DNA of 62,893 bases, filler included, from Myxococcota bacterium (GTDB taxonomy: Bacteria; Myxococcota; Myxococcia; Myxococcales; Myxococcaceae), in NCBI GenBank assembly GCA_049322255.1. It is 6 parts of 6 records of this genome, joined end to end, with 100 filler letters (N's around TTAATTAATTAA, not from the genome) between each part and the next. Parts side by side here need not be neighbours in the genome. Positions count along the whole stretch, not along the records: positions 27,705 to 55,170 come from JBMORE010000048.1; 5 more parts are not named here. One strand, 5' to 3'. Below are positions 38,734 through 48,481 of this stretch, piece after piece. The position numbers and the translations under genes were made by a program. The notes under the pieces are model-generated. The model ran no database searches, was not told where the DNA came from, and was given only the letters and a program-made list of their open reading frames with translations. How positions within the stretch are numbered: the first letter of the stretch is position 1; every line of letters starts with the position of its first letter.

Positions 38734-41025
38734 CTACCGTCCCTCCACGACGACCCCATCGTCGCCGACGAAGAGCACCCCCGCCGAAGTGCGCGCGCTC
38801 GCCCGGAGCGGGCGCGTGGCGGTGAAGCGGTTGACCCAGCTCGCGCCGTCGAAGCGCACCACACTGCTCCCCGACGCCTGGGCGTAAATTTCATTGGGCG
38901 CGCGGACTTGCAAGCTGCTCAAGCTCGGCTGCGCCGGCAGCGTCGTCCATGCACCACTCTCCAGCTTGGCGAAGACGTTGTTTCCGGCCACCCAGAGCAC
39001 CCCGCCAGCCTGCCGGCAGCTGGTGAGCGTGGCGCCGGGGTTGGGGAAGGCGGGGGTCACCGCGGTCCAGCTGTTGCCGGTGCGGCGCAGAATCGTTCCA
39101 TTGGCCCCGCAGGCCACCACCTCTTGCCCGCTGCAATGCAGGTCGTTCAAGTCGGCGACCGTCCCCGAAACCATGGGCGTCAGGCCCGTCCCTCCTGTGT
39201 AGCTCGAGAGGGTGCCCGCGCTCCCCGCTACATACAGCTCGGTGTCCGAGACGGCGCAGGCGGCGCGTAGGCTGGTGGTCACCCCGGTGGAAAGAGCGGT
39301 ATATCCGCCGGTGAACGAGACGCGATAGGCGCGGCCACCGTCGCCCACCATCAGAAGAAAGCTGCTCGTCGGCGCCAGTGCGTTCATACGTGCGGTCGGG
39401 CTGCGGAAGAAGGCGCGCAGGCCCATGCCGGTGCCCAGAAACGCCAAGTCGCCGTCGCTATTCATCAGCACCGGTGCGCCACCGAAGGCAGAGGCAACCT
39501 GCACCGCCTTCCACATCTCTCCCAAATCGAGAACCTCCAGCGGGGTGGCGAGGCCTCGCCGGAAGATGCTGGCGGCGACGTTGCTGCTGTCGGCGACGAT
39601 GACGCCTCCCGAGTCGGTGAGGGACATCGACTGTCCGCCGCCTTTGCTCGAGCCGCCCAACCAAAACTCGAACAGCGCGTTCGCGGGAGACAGGCCGTTG
39701 TTGGTGTGCCGATAGAGACGCCCTGCGCCGCTGCCGCCTCGGCCGGTGAGGAGGTACACCGCCTGCCCCACGGAAGAGGCCGCGCGGGAAATGCCGGCGA
39801 CGTGGCTGCCGCTCACCGTGGGCACGGTGGTGGCGTCGAAGTTGCCGCTGCTGCTCACGTGCCGGCGCAAGGAGGCGGTGCCCGAGTGGCCCACGTAGGC
39901 GCTGGTGCCCGCGGTGTCCACCGAGGGGCCCACCGCGCGAAACACCTCGGGAGAAAGCGAAGCGGCCACGTCGGTGTCCACGAACCATGTCGTGCCCGTG
40001 CCGTACACCACGCACGCGCGGCGCCCGCTGGTGGTGGCGCACTGGCCGGAGAGGCGCTCGTCGCCGACGCCGTCGATGTACACCGCGCGGATGTCGTAGG
40101 GCGCGTTGGCGGGGTTGCTCACCGCCAAGGAGCCGTACGTCCAGGCGGTGCCGTTGAAGCGCCAGTACTCGCCGGTGGCGCTGGCCGCCAGCGCATGCGT
40201 CGCGCTCCGCCCGTGGAGGGCGACCAGGTGACTGGTGTTGCCGCCTCCCAAAAGCGCCACCGGTGTCAGCGCGGTGCCGTCGTAGCGAAGCAGGGTGCGG
40301 TTGGCTCCAGCGATGAACGCCAGGTTGGAGGAGACGAACCACACCGCGCGCAGGTCACTGGTGGTGTTGCTGGAAAGGCGCGTCCAACTCGTGCCGTTCC
40401 ACTTGGACACCGCTCCGGCAGGGCCCACCGCCAACACGTGGGTGCCCGAGGAGCTGGGCGCCTGGTCGATGGCGGTCACCTCATGCGAAACCCTGGGGCC
40501 GATCTGAACGAAGGACAGGCCCGCTCCCACGCAGACATCGTTCACGCAGGTGCCGTTGCAGGGCACCTCGGTGAAGGGGTAGCTGCACGTCCCGGTGGGC
40601 TCCTCACAGGTGCCGGTGGCGGCGTAGGTGCGCAGCTGCCCGCCGGTGCAGGTGGTGGGCGGAGGCGTGTTGCAGGTGACGCCCGCGCACAGGCTCCCGG
40701 CGCACACCCCGTTCTGGCAGCCCTGAGGGCAGGAAAGGTCGTTGTAGAGATAGATGCAGCTACCGTTTTGGCAGTTGCCCTGGGCCTCGAACACCCGCGC
40801 GGTGGCGGCGTCCAGGCACTGCGGCGGCGGCGGGGTGTTGCAGGAGAGCATCGCGCACACATCGCCGCCGTCGGCGTGCCCCGAGGCCCGACACACGCCT
40901 TCCACGCACAGAAAACCCGCCGGGCAGAGGTTTCCCGGGTCGCACCGGTAACCCTCCGGGTCCACCTGCAGGCCGGTGGCGCAGGAGACGGAAGCGAGGG
41001 CGAAAAGCAGCGTCACACGCCTCAT
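38734..41025 (-). CDS. Lipoprotein with Cys-rich region and beta-propeller (YVTN/BNR-like) repeats
   Basis: Lipobox ASVSC; repeated L.AV....AVG..G....DG..W motifs. Confidence 0.75.
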   Translation of the reverse strand: MRRVTLLFALASVSCATGLQVDPEGYRCDPGNLCPAGFLCVEGVCRASGHADGGDVCAMLSCNTPPPPQCLDAATARVFEAQGNCQNGSCIYLYNDLSCPQGCQNGVCAGSLCAGVTCNTPPPTTCTGGQLRTYAATGTCEEPTGTCSYPFTEVPCNGTCVNDVCVGAGLSFVQIGPRVSHEVTAIDQAPSSSGTHVLAVGPAGAVSKWNGTSWTRLSSNTTSDLRAVWFVSSNLAFIAGANRTLLRYDGTALTPVALLGGGNTSHLVALHGRSATHALAASATGEYWRFNGTAWTYGSLAVSNPANAPYDIRAVYIDGVGDERLSGQCATTSGRRACVVYGTGTTWFVDTDVAASLSPEVFRAVGPSVDTAGTSAYVGHSGTASLRRHVSSSGNFDATTVPTVSGSHVAGISRAASSVGQAVYLLTGRGGSGAGRLYRHTNNGLSPANALFEFWLGGSSKGGGQSMSLTDSGGVIVADSSNVAASIFRRGLATPLEVLDLGEMWKAVQVASAFGGAPVLMNSDGDLAFLGTGMGLRAFFRSPTARMNALAPTSSFLLMVGDGGRAYRVSFTGGYTALSTGVTTSLRAACAVSDTELYVAGSAGTLSSYTGGTGLTPMVSGTVADLNDLHCSGQEVVACGANGTILRRTGNSWTAVTPAFPNPGATLTSCRQAGGVLWVAGNNVFAKLESGAWTTLPAQPSLSSLQVRAPNEIYAQASGSSVVRFDGASWVNRFTATRPLRASARTSAGVLFVGDDGVVVEGR

Positions 41026-41900
41026 CGGCCCTCCTTCATCCCTGGCTCGGGGAGACTGAAGACGAAGAGCACCCCGCCGGCGGCCGCTCCGACTCCACTG
41101 GCAATCCACAAAAGGTTGGCGGTGCCACCTTTGCCGTTGGCCGAGGCGGCGACGGCGCGCGCTTGGCTGACGGTGAGCTGGCCTCTTCCACTGCTCAGTT
41201 GGCCGGCGTCGGAGGAGGCCATCGCCCCCACCACCGTGCCGGCGATGAGCGCCGCCGCCGAGGCACCAAAGGTCGCATACGAGGCCACCCGCAGGGCCTT
41301 CCGGGTGGCGCCCGCCTCGGCCAGCTCGGCGGAAAGCACGCTCTCGGGGGTGAGCAGCGGCGGGGGGAGCGGCTCGAAAGAAACGGTGGTCACCTTGCCG
41401 GTGCGCAGCTGCACCAAAAGCTTCTTCACCCCGCTGGGAAACTCGGCGCTCAGCTCGTAGTCGCCCGGAGGGAGGAACGTCGCCACCGGCGTCTCGGGGT
41501 AGCTTTGCCCCTGAATGGCGGCGTTCACCGCCCCTTCTGCCTCCACCTCGAGAAACCCCCGCCCGCTCGCTTCGGCGGCGACCAGTGCCCCTCCCACCCG
41601 GCCGGCCACCTCCAGCGCGTCTCTGGCCGACGGGGCGCGGCGCAAATACAGCCGGTAGTAATAGGCGGCAAACGCCTCGTCACCGATTTTCTCGTGACAT
41701 TTCGCCAGGTTGAAGGCGACTTCGGGCGTCTTCTGCACCCCGTCGGCGAGCCGGAATTGGTAGATGGCCGCTCCGTACTCCCCTTGCTCGAAGAGCGCCT
41801 CTCCCTGGAGGACCAGCGCCTTGAAGTGCTCGGCGTGCGGCGGAGCCAATGCCTCCGTCGGAGCAGCAGCCAAGAGCATATAGAGAACGGCGACGACCAT
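41022..41900 (-). CDS. TPR + PEGA-like domain membrane protein
   Basis: Signal peptide; G..LF.QG.Y..A...F and FNLAKCHEK TPRs; LPPGDY; C-terminal hydrophobic hairpin. Confidence 0.8.
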   Translation of the reverse strand: MVVAVLYMLLAAAPTEALAPPHAEHFKALVLQGEALFEQGEYGAAIYQFRLADGVQKTPEVAFNLAKCHEKIGDEAFAAYYYRLYLRRAPSARDALEVAGRVGGALVAAEASGRGFLEVEAEGAVNAAIQGQSYPETPVATFLPPGDYELSAEFPSGVKKLLVQLRTGKVTTVSFEPLPPPLLTPESVLSAELAEAGATRKALRVASYATFGASAAALIAGTVVGAMASSDAGQLSSGRGQLTVSQARAVAASANGKGGTANLLWIASGVGAAAGGVLFVFSLPEPGMKEGR

Positions 41901-42006
41901 GCCCGGTTCCCCAAGAGGAAAAAGGGGCGCCTTATACACCAAATGGTGCCCACCTCCAACCACCTGGAGGTACATCGCCACACGTTGCCGCTTGAAGGTG
42001 GATTCG

Positions 42007-42035
42007 TTGCGATTTTCTACCCAGAGGCATAGTTT
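42007..42035 (+). promoter_or_regulatory. Putative sigma70 promoter for a leaderless vapB transcript
   Basis: TTGCGA-N17-TAGTTT, 6 nt before the ATG; no SD. Confidence 0.5.
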
Positions 42036-42041
42036 TTGGGC

Positions 42042-42302
42042 ATGGCGCTGAACATCAAAAACCCCGAGGTGGTTCGGCTTGCGCAACAGGTCGCGAAGTT
42101 GGCCGGCGAAACGAAGACCGAGGCGATTCGCCGATCGCTGGAAGAGCGAAAGGAACGGCTCAAGTTGAAGAGCGGCCGTGGAGATCTGCACCGGTGGCTA
42201 GAGACTGAAATCTGGCCGACGATGCCCAAGCACGACTTCGGGAAGGAGATCTCCAAGGAGGAGGAAGAGTCGATCCTCGGATACGGTGAGCACGGCGTGT
42301 GA
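42042..42302 (+). CDS. vapB: VapB-family antitoxin
   Basis: MALNIKNPEV..LA...GETKTEAI..; EE..ILGYG tail; GTGA overlap with the toxin gene. Confidence 0.9.
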   Translation: MALNIKNPEVVRLAQQVAKLAGETKTEAIRRSLEERKERLKLKSGRGDLHRWLETEIWPTMPKHDFGKEISKEEEESILGYGEHGV

Positions 42303-42685
42303 TTCTCGACACGTCGGTGATCATCGCGATTCTTCGTGGCGAACCGGGATTCGAGGAGCTGGAGCAGAAGGTCGGTCAGGCATTGGAGGTTGGAGTCGGA
42401 GCTCCAACGCTCGTGGAAACCGCGATTGTTCTCGCAGGCCGGACGGGCAGCGATCAACTCTCAAAACTGGAAGCTTTCCTGCGCCGAGTGGGCGCGGTGG
42501 AAATTCCGTTCGGCGTAGACCATTGGCGCCATGCATATGGTGCCTTCTGGCGATTCGGGAAAGGCCGCCACCCGGCCGCGCTCAACTTCGGCGATTGTTG
42601 CTCGTACGCGACGGCCAAGGTGGCCCAGCGCCCGCTGCTCTGCAAAGGCAGCGACTTCTCGAAAACCGACCTCGAGCTGGCGTAG
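42299..42685 (+). CDS. vapC: VapC PIN-domain toxin
   Basis: ILDTS, FGKGRHPAALNFGDCCSYA, KGSDF..TD. Confidence 0.95.
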   Translation: MILDTSVIIAILRGEPGFEELEQKVGQALEVGVGAPTLVETAIVLAGRTGSDQLSKLEAFLRRVGAVEIPFGVDHWRHAYGAFWRFGKGRHPAALNFGDCCSYATAKVAQRPLLCKGSDFSKTDLELA

Positions 42686-42697
42686 CCGCCCAACTCG

Positions 42698-44104
42698 CTA
42701 CGGGCAGGCCGCCGCCGAGAAGAGGTCGAGCATCGAATTCGTCGACTGGCCGTTGAACCCGGTCAGGCAGGTACCGGCGGAGAAGGAGCGTGAGGGCAGG
42801 CCCGGGTTGTTGGACGACAACGTCAGCTGGCCCGAGACGAGGCGCACCCCGCCTTGCCAGGTACCGTCGTTGGAGGGCTTGAGGACCTCGAGAGAGGGCA
42901 CCTGACCCGACTGCTCGAGGAAGCTGTAGGCGTAGGTCGCGTTCAAAAGGTCGTCGCTGACCGAGTCCCCGGCGTCCTTCACCGGCTGCAGCTTGAAGAA
43001 CAGCTGGGCATGGAGGCCGGGCTTGATCTTGAGGAGCGGAGCACCCGCGGCGCTCTTGGTCCACTCCATCTCCAGCCGCCGACCGAGGCTCTCGTTCAGG
43101 TCGAGGGCAAAGACTTTCTGTCCAGCAAAGGTCAAGCTGCTCTGACCCGACCCCAGCCCGACATTCACCGTGTGGGAATTCTGCCCGTCTTGCAGCACCG
43201 CCGACCAGTGGAAGCCCGAGAGCGATGCCACCATGGGGGTACGCAACGAGACGGAGGCGGAGCTGTACCAGTCAGACCACAGGCCCTGGTACTCCGTCGG
43301 GCCTGCGTTGAGCTCGGTGCTGATTCGCCGGGCGGCTCCGTCGACCCTGAGGCTGGCCAGTGGCTGGGTGGCCTTGGAGGTGAAGACGCGGGCAATTCCG
43401 TCGGGGTCGGTGACCCGCACGGTCACGTCCTCCAGAATGGACAGACGGAGGCTGTAGTCGGTATCCGCATGGCGCTCGAGCTTCAGCTCCACCTTGCCTG
43501 AGCCCGAGGTGGTCGTCACCGGGCCCGAGCCTTGGTTGAATATGGTCTGCAGGTAGTCGCTGGCCAGCGTCGCCTGCGCCAAGTCGATCTCGACGGCAAG
43601 GCTCTGCTTGCTGCGCACGCGAAGCACCACGGGCTCGTACCGGTTGGGGCCCACCAGCAAGGTCAAATCGACGTCGCCCGAACCACGGAGGGCGAGCTGG
43701 GCACGGTCGATGTCCTGGACGCAGCGGGGGTCGGCAGGCTCGGCGCTGCGAAGCGGCGTACAGAGGTCGACACCCTTCAGAGCGAAGACGACGGCGCCCG
43801 CGGGTCGATCGATGATGTTCTCCTCGCGGAAGATGCGGCCGGTGAGAATCTTCCAGTCGGCGAACGACTGGTCGGTCGACGAGGCCTCTGGCATCTGGTA
43901 CCGCGTGTCGCTGCTGCTGATGCCGATGGAGGTAAGCGCCTCGTCGCGTGTCTGCATCGAATTCGTGTAGCGCGCCGTGGTGATGCTCCCCTTGACGAGC
44001 TCCTCGATGTCATTTCCCGTCTTGGCGGCGATGTCCTCAGGGCTGGGGGCGCCGCAGGCCATCAGCGCGCTGGCGACAAGCAGAAGAACGAATTGCTTTT
44101 TCAT
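42698..44104 (-). CDS. Hypothetical lipoprotein
   Basis: MKK..LMAC lipobox, GGAG SD, beta-rich sequence. Confidence 0.75.
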   Translation of the reverse strand: MKKQFVLLLVASALMACGAPSPEDIAAKTGNDIEELVKGSITTARYTNSMQTRDEALTSIGISSSDTRYQMPEASSTDQSFADWKILTGRIFREENIIDRPAGAVVFALKGVDLCTPLRSAEPADPRCVQDIDRAQLALRGSGDVDLTLLVGPNRYEPVVLRVRSKQSLAVEIDLAQATLASDYLQTIFNQGSGPVTTTSGSGKVELKLERHADTDYSLRLSILEDVTVRVTDPDGIARVFTSKATQPLASLRVDGAARRISTELNAGPTEYQGLWSDWYSSASVSLRTPMVASLSGFHWSAVLQDGQNSHTVNVGLGSGQSSLTFAGQKVFALDLNESLGRRLEMEWTKSAAGAPLLKIKPGLHAQLFFKLQPVKDAGDSVSDDLLNATYAYSFLEQSGQVPSLEVLKPSNDGTWQGGVRLVSGQLTLSSNNPGLPSRSFSAGTCLTGFNGQSTNSMLDLFSAAACP

Positions 44105-44392
44105 GGACTTGATCTCCGATAGCTCGGCTGAGCTCTCCCCGTTATTGGGGCAAGCATCCCCGGCCCGTCACGACGAGCGGCGCCGCGTAGCACAAGGCAA
44201 AACCGGCGGGCAAGCCGCGGGCTTTCGTCAGCCGTGGCGGTGCGCGGGCGAAACTGTCGGCGAGTGAGCGGCGAGAGCACCCGGAGGTTCGGGTGCCAAA
44301 CAGCCCCCGGCGCCAAAGATGGGACGCTTTCTTCCGCTCGCTAGATTCGCCGACCTTCGCGGGCACTTCTCAACCGCCCGCCGTGGGAGAAC

Positions 44393-45799
44393 GTGATGAA
44401 GACGAGATTCGTCCGGTTGGTGCTGATGACCGTCGCCGTGGGCAGCGCCATCGCCTTGCCTGCCTCGGCGCAAAAGGTGCCCGTGCCGGCGCGCGCACCG
44501 ACGAGCTACGCCCCGGTGGACACCGATGCAAGCTTCGAGGACATCTTCAAGAAGGGCAGCGCCGCGAAAAGCAAACAGCAACAAGAACAGCGCACGCTCT
44601 TGCAGGAGCGCTACGACCTGGCCAACCGCGCATCCGGGGCGAAGATGACGCGCGGCAAACCGGTGCAGGGCGGGGTACGGGTGAAGCTGCCCGCCGGCGC
44701 CACCTGGGAGCAGCTTTCCACGATGAGCCCCGAGGAAATCCGCCGCCGCGGGCTGTGGCCCAAGGGCTTTTTGCCGCTGCCCCACCCTTTCCACGAAGAG
44801 GGCGGCATGTTGTTCCCCGACTTCCACATCAAGGAGATTCGCAAGCAGGAGGGCCGCGACCTCGAACGCTTCGACATCGCCTTCGACCTGCCCGACCATT
44901 TCCTCCCCGAGTTTCCCGCGCCCGTCTTCCTCACCACCCGGCCCGACCTGGGCGACGTGTCTCGAGGGGAGCTGATCACCAACCAGAACTACTACCGGCT
45001 CTTCAACGGCGTGCTCAACCCCAAGCAGCTCGAAGGGCTGAGGCTTTTGCTCACCCCGTTTCCCCAGCAGCAGTTCAACCTCACCCACGACCGCCGCAGC
45101 GCCAAGCCAAGCCTAGGGGTCGCTTGTCTCGACTGCCACGCCAACGGCCACACCAACGCCGCCACCCACCTGGTGGGGGACATTCGCCCCCAGGCGTTTC
45201 GCCACCGCATCGACACGCCCACCTTGCGCGGGGTGAATCAGCAGCGACTCTTCGGCTCCCAGCGCGCGCTGCGCTCGGTGGAGGACTTCACCGAGTTCGA
45301 GCAGCGTGGCGCCTACTTCGACGGGGACATCGTCATCGCGGTGAAGAAGGGAGTGAACGTGCTCGAACGGGGCAGCCAAGTGCACGCGATGGCCGAGCTG
45401 CAGGAGCTCTTCGACTTTCCCCCCGCTCCCAAGCTCGACGTGTTCGGCCGGCTCTCTTCCCGGCTGGCCACGGAGCAGGAGCGGCGCGGCGAGCAGGTGT
45501 TCTTCGGCAAGGGCCGCTGCGCCGAGTGCCATCCGCCTCCCATCTTCAGCGACAACTTCATGCACGACTTGAAGACCGAGCGCTTCTTCGAGCCGGTGCT
45601 GGTCAACGGCCGCATGGCTGCGAGCGACGGGCCGATCAAGACCTTCCCCTTACGGGGCATCAAAGACAGCCCGCCCTATTTGCACGACGGCCGGCTGCTC
45701 ACCCTCGACGATACGGTGGAGCTCTTCAATCTGGTGCTCTCCCTCGGGCTGACCACGGAGGAGAAACGCGACTTGGTCGCCTATCTCTACGCGCTCTGA
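44393..45799 (+). CDS. Secreted di-heme cytochrome c (bCcP/MauG superfamily)
   Basis: Signal peptide, CLDCH and CAECH, DTPTLRG, LRGIKDSPPYLHDG. Confidence 0.88.
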   Translation: MMKTRFVRLVLMTVAVGSAIALPASAQKVPVPARAPTSYAPVDTDASFEDIFKKGSAAKSKQQQEQRTLLQERYDLANRASGAKMTRGKPVQGGVRVKLPAGATWEQLSTMSPEEIRRRGLWPKGFLPLPHPFHEEGGMLFPDFHIKEIRKQEGRDLERFDIAFDLPDHFLPEFPAPVFLTTRPDLGDVSRGELITNQNYYRLFNGVLNPKQLEGLRLLLTPFPQQQFNLTHDRRSAKPSLGVACLDCHANGHTNAATHLVGDIRPQAFRHRIDTPTLRGVNQQRLFGSQRALRSVEDFTEFEQRGAYFDGDIVIAVKKGVNVLERGSQVHAMAELQELFDFPPAPKLDVFGRLSSRLATEQERRGEQVFFGKGRCAECHPPPIFSDNFMHDLKTERFFEPVLVNGRMAASDGPIKTFPLRGIKDSPPYLHDGRLLTLDDTVELFNLVLSLGLTTEEKRDLVAYLYAL

Positions 45800-45812
45800 G
45801 GGGCTTGCTCGG

Positions 45813-46142
45813 TCAATGTGGCCCGCGCGGCTGGATGACGTGGAGCAGCGCCTCGACGATTTGCTGCATGCGCGCCTCAGAGAGACCGGGGCCCAGCGGC
45901 TCGGGGAGAATCATCGATTTCGGAACGGTCATGACCTGCTCGCAGCGCGAGACGGAATCGGAGCGTAGTCCCCCTTCTCCCTTGTTCAACGGTACGTGGG
46001 TTCGAAGCGGCCGGCCTTTCGAGAACACCGGAACCACGACAACGTGGTGAGCGAAGGCGTTGAGCTCGTCGACCGAGAGGACGACCGCGGGACGTCGCTT
46101 ATCGAGGTCGACCCAATGGATGAAGCCCCTGTTCGGGCTCAC
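45813..46142 (-). CDS. PemK/MazF-family toxin
   Basis: RG.I.WVDL, KRRPAVVLS, GGL..DS...CEQ. Confidence 0.88.
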   Translation of the reverse strand: MSPNRGFIHWVDLDKRRPAVVLSVDELNAFAHHVVVVPVFSKGRPLRTHVPLNKGEGGLRSDSVSRCEQVMTVPKSMILPEPLGPGLSEARMQQIVEALLHVIQPRGPH

Positions 46143-46420
46143 TTCTCATCCCGGTACATGGCGCGCAATGACCGAACCCCCAGCCGGGCCCAGCCGGCTT
46201 CATCCGCGCGCTCTTTCGCGGTTTGTCCGCGATAATACGCCTCGATTTCCGAGGCGAACTCGGACTGGAGCCTCCGCTGCTCCTCGTTTTGCAACAGCTC
46301 CTCGACCATGCCGCTTCGAGTGGTACGGCGAGCCTTGGCCTGCGAATCGAGGTTCCTCACCAAGTATCCGGGGAGGGATAAGGTCACCCGAATTCGACCT
46401 GGTTTCACACGCGCTGTCAT
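46139..46420 (-). CDS. Ribbon-helix-helix antitoxin
   Basis: RVTLSLP..LV..LD..A.....RS..VEE; GTGA overlap with the toxin gene. Confidence 0.8.
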   Translation of the reverse strand: MTARVKPGRIRVTLSLPGYLVRNLDSQAKARRTTRSGMVEELLQNEEQRRLQSEFASEIEAYYRGQTAKERADEAGWARLGVRSLRAMYRDEK

Positions 46421-46432
46421 ACGTATATCTTA
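46419..46432 (-). promoter_or_regulatory. Putative -10 box and operator palindrome for a leaderless antitoxin transcript
   Basis: Minus strand TAAGAT-ATACGT-ATG; ATACGTAT palindrome overlaps the start codon. Confidence 0.5.
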
Positions 46433-46484
46433 CGCACTTCATATCGCCGCTGCCACTGTTTGGCGCCCTGGGGACGCACTCCCT

Positions 46485-47039
46485 TCATTCGGGGTCGTCA
46501 CCCAAGAGCTCGGCGACGTGGAGCTCGAGCGCATCGAAGGGCTCGGCTCGCACCCGCTCGTCTGCACCGGCGCGCAGTGCAATGAGGTACCCGTCCGGAG
46601 CGTGGCGGTGGACGGTGAGCGTTCGCTCCAGCTGATCGAGAATCCAGTAGTGAGGGACGCCGGCCTGGTAATAGCGGTGCAGCTTCTTCACCATATCGGT
46701 CGACCGGTTCGACTCACTCACGACTTCGCAGATCCAGTCCGGGCGAACGGTGACAGGGCGCTTCTTCGGCAACTCGGGCAAGTTTTCTCGGCGCCAACCC
46801 GAAATGTCTGGACGGTATCCCCGACCGTCCAACAGCACATCCACCTCGGTCGCAATCCACCAGCCACCTGGCCTACCAGGCCCTCCGGGGCGGCGATCGT
46901 ACGCCTGCTCGATGGCGCCCGAAGTGCGGCTCTGCGCACGGCCGTGCTCCAAGGTAGGCGCCGCTTTTTCGATGAGCTCCCCGTCGATGAGCTCCAGCCT
47001 GGATTCCTCTGGCTGGTTGAGCCAGTCCTCAATGGTTTT
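46485..47039 (-). CDS. Uma2-family (DUF820) endonuclease, 5' partial
   Basis: RLELIDGEL, RPDISGW, PDWICEVVS, K...Y..AGV.HYWILD; the frame runs into the gap. Confidence 0.9.
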   Translation of the reverse strand, partial: KTIEDWLNQPEESRLELIDGELIEKAAPTLEHGRAQSRTSGAIEQAYDRRPGGPGRPGGWWIATEVDVLLDGRGYRPDISGWRRENLPELPKKRPVTVRPDWICEVVSESNRSTDMVKKLHRYYQAGVPHYWILDQLERTLTVHRHAPDGYLIALRAGADERVRAEPFDALELHVAELLGDDPE

Positions 47040-47139
47040 NNNNNNNNNNNNNNNNNNNNNNNNNNNNNNNNNNNNNNNNNNNNNNNNNNNNNNNNNNNNN
47101 NNNNNNNNNNNNNNNNNNNNNNNNNNNNNNNNNNNNNNN
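47040..47139. other. Scaffold gap (100 N)
   Basis: Plain N run without the linker. Confidence 0.95.
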
Positions 47140-47144
47140 GGCTC

Positions 47145-47387
47145 TCACACCCGGGAGGCGAGGTAGTCGAGCCAGGCCCCCAGGGTGGTCAGCTTGGGGT
47201 AGTCGGCCTCCGGAATCTCCACGCCGACTTCCTTGCCCAGCGCGACCACGAAGCGCAAGAAGTCCATCGAGTCGAGGTCGAGCTGCTCGCGGAAAGGGAC
47301 GTGGTCCTTCACCTGCGCGGGATCGATTTCGGGTGCAATCTCTCCCAGCACGCGGAGCACCGTCTGTCGTCGCTCGTCGCGGGTCAT
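47145..47387 (-). CDS. Acyl carrier protein
   Basis: LDLDSMD phosphopantetheine Ser motif, GVEIPE.D. Confidence 0.9.
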   Translation of the reverse strand: MTRDERRQTVLRVLGEIAPEIDPAQVKDHVPFREQLDLDSMDFLRFVVALGKEVGVEIPEADYPKLTTLGAWLDYLASRV

Positions 47388-48481
47388 AGGGACGCAGGCT
47401 CCTGTAGCAGCCGCTCGAAGGCGGTGAGGAACAGGCCGCCGCGGTGCCCGTCGCTCACCCGGTGGTCAGCGGCGAGGGTGGCGGTGAGAACGGGACGGGA
47501 AACGACTTGGCCGCCGACCGTCCATGGCTGCTCCACCACCCTCCCCAAGCCGACGATCGCCACCTGGGGCGGGTAGATGACCGGGTACACCGTCTCCACA
47601 CCCAGGTCTCCGAGGTTGGTCACGGTGAGGGTGGGGTCGGAGAGCTCCGAGCTTTTCAGCTTGCCCGCACGCGCTCTGCTGACGAGATCCATCAGATTTT
47701 TCATCAGCTCCGGAAGCGACAGGCGGTCGGCGTGGTGAAGGGCCGGAGCTACCAATCCTCCCGCGCGCAGGCTGATGGCGACCCCCAGGTGCACCGCTTC
47801 GCTTGGGCGAAAGGCACCCTCGACCCATGTGCCGTTGAGCTCGGGAGCCGTCTTCACCGCGCGCGCCACCGCCTTGAGAAAGAGCGCCGCTGGAAGCAGC
47901 CGCTCCTCCATCGATTTTTGGGCGTTGCGCTCTTTGAGCCAAGCCAGCGCGGCGCCGACGTCCACCCGCGTGCCCAGGTAATAGTGGGGAATCTCCCGCT
48001 TCGAGCGGCTCATCGCCGCCGCGATGGCTTCTCGCATCGACGCTGCCGGCCTGGCGCGTGGTTCGACTCCGCTCACCCCGAGCGGAAGTCGAGGGGCCGC
48101 CTTCTCGACATCGGCCCGGGTGATGGCGCCATCGGGTCCGCTCCCGGAAACCTGGGCGAGGTCCACTCCCAGCTCTTCGGCGAGCTTGCGCGCCACCGGC
48201 GAAATCCGCCGCCGCTCCTCTGGCCGCGGAGCAACCGACGGCCCCTCCGCGGTCTTCACCATGGCCAGCAGACCACCGACTGGAACGACGGACCCAGGCG
48301 CAACGAGGAGCAACTCCACCACCCCGTCCTCGAAAATCTCCACCTCGATGGCGCCCTTGACCGTCTCCACCACCGCGACGATGTCTCCCCGCTTCACCGC
48401 GTCGCCTGGCTTCACCTTCCACTCCACCAGCGTGCCCGACTCCATGTCGGCGCCCAGCATGGGCATGCGAAACTCACCCAC
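47384..48481 (-). CDS. pdhC: 2-oxoacid dehydrogenase E2 acyltransferase
   Basis: Lipoyl domain VETVKG, E3-binding domain [15 protein letters not shown]. Confidence 0.9.
   Translation of the reverse strand: MGEFRMPMLGADMESGTLVEWKVKPGDAVKRGDIVAVVETVKGAIEVEIFEDGVVELLLVAPGSVVPVGGLLAMVKTAEGPSVAPRPEERRRISPVARKLAEELGVDLAQVSGSGPDGAITRADVEKAAPRLPLGVSGVEPRARPAASMREAIAAAMSRSKREIPHYYLGTRVDVGAALAWLKERNAQKSMEERLLPAALFLKAVARAVKTAPELNGTWVEGAFRPSEAVHLGVAISLRAGGLVAPALHHADRLSLPELMKNLMDLVSRARAGKLKSSELSDPTLTVTNLGDLGVETVYPVIYPPQVAIVGLGRVVEQPWTVGGQVVSRPVLTATLAADHRVSDGHRGGLFLTAFERLLQEPASL

Noticed and set aside
44185..44245. GCACAAGGCAAAACC.. resembling the start of a c-di-GMP-I riboswitch
   Set aside because: Lacks the GNRA-capped stem and the GACGCAAAGC core; an Infernal search against RF01051 would be needed to support it.
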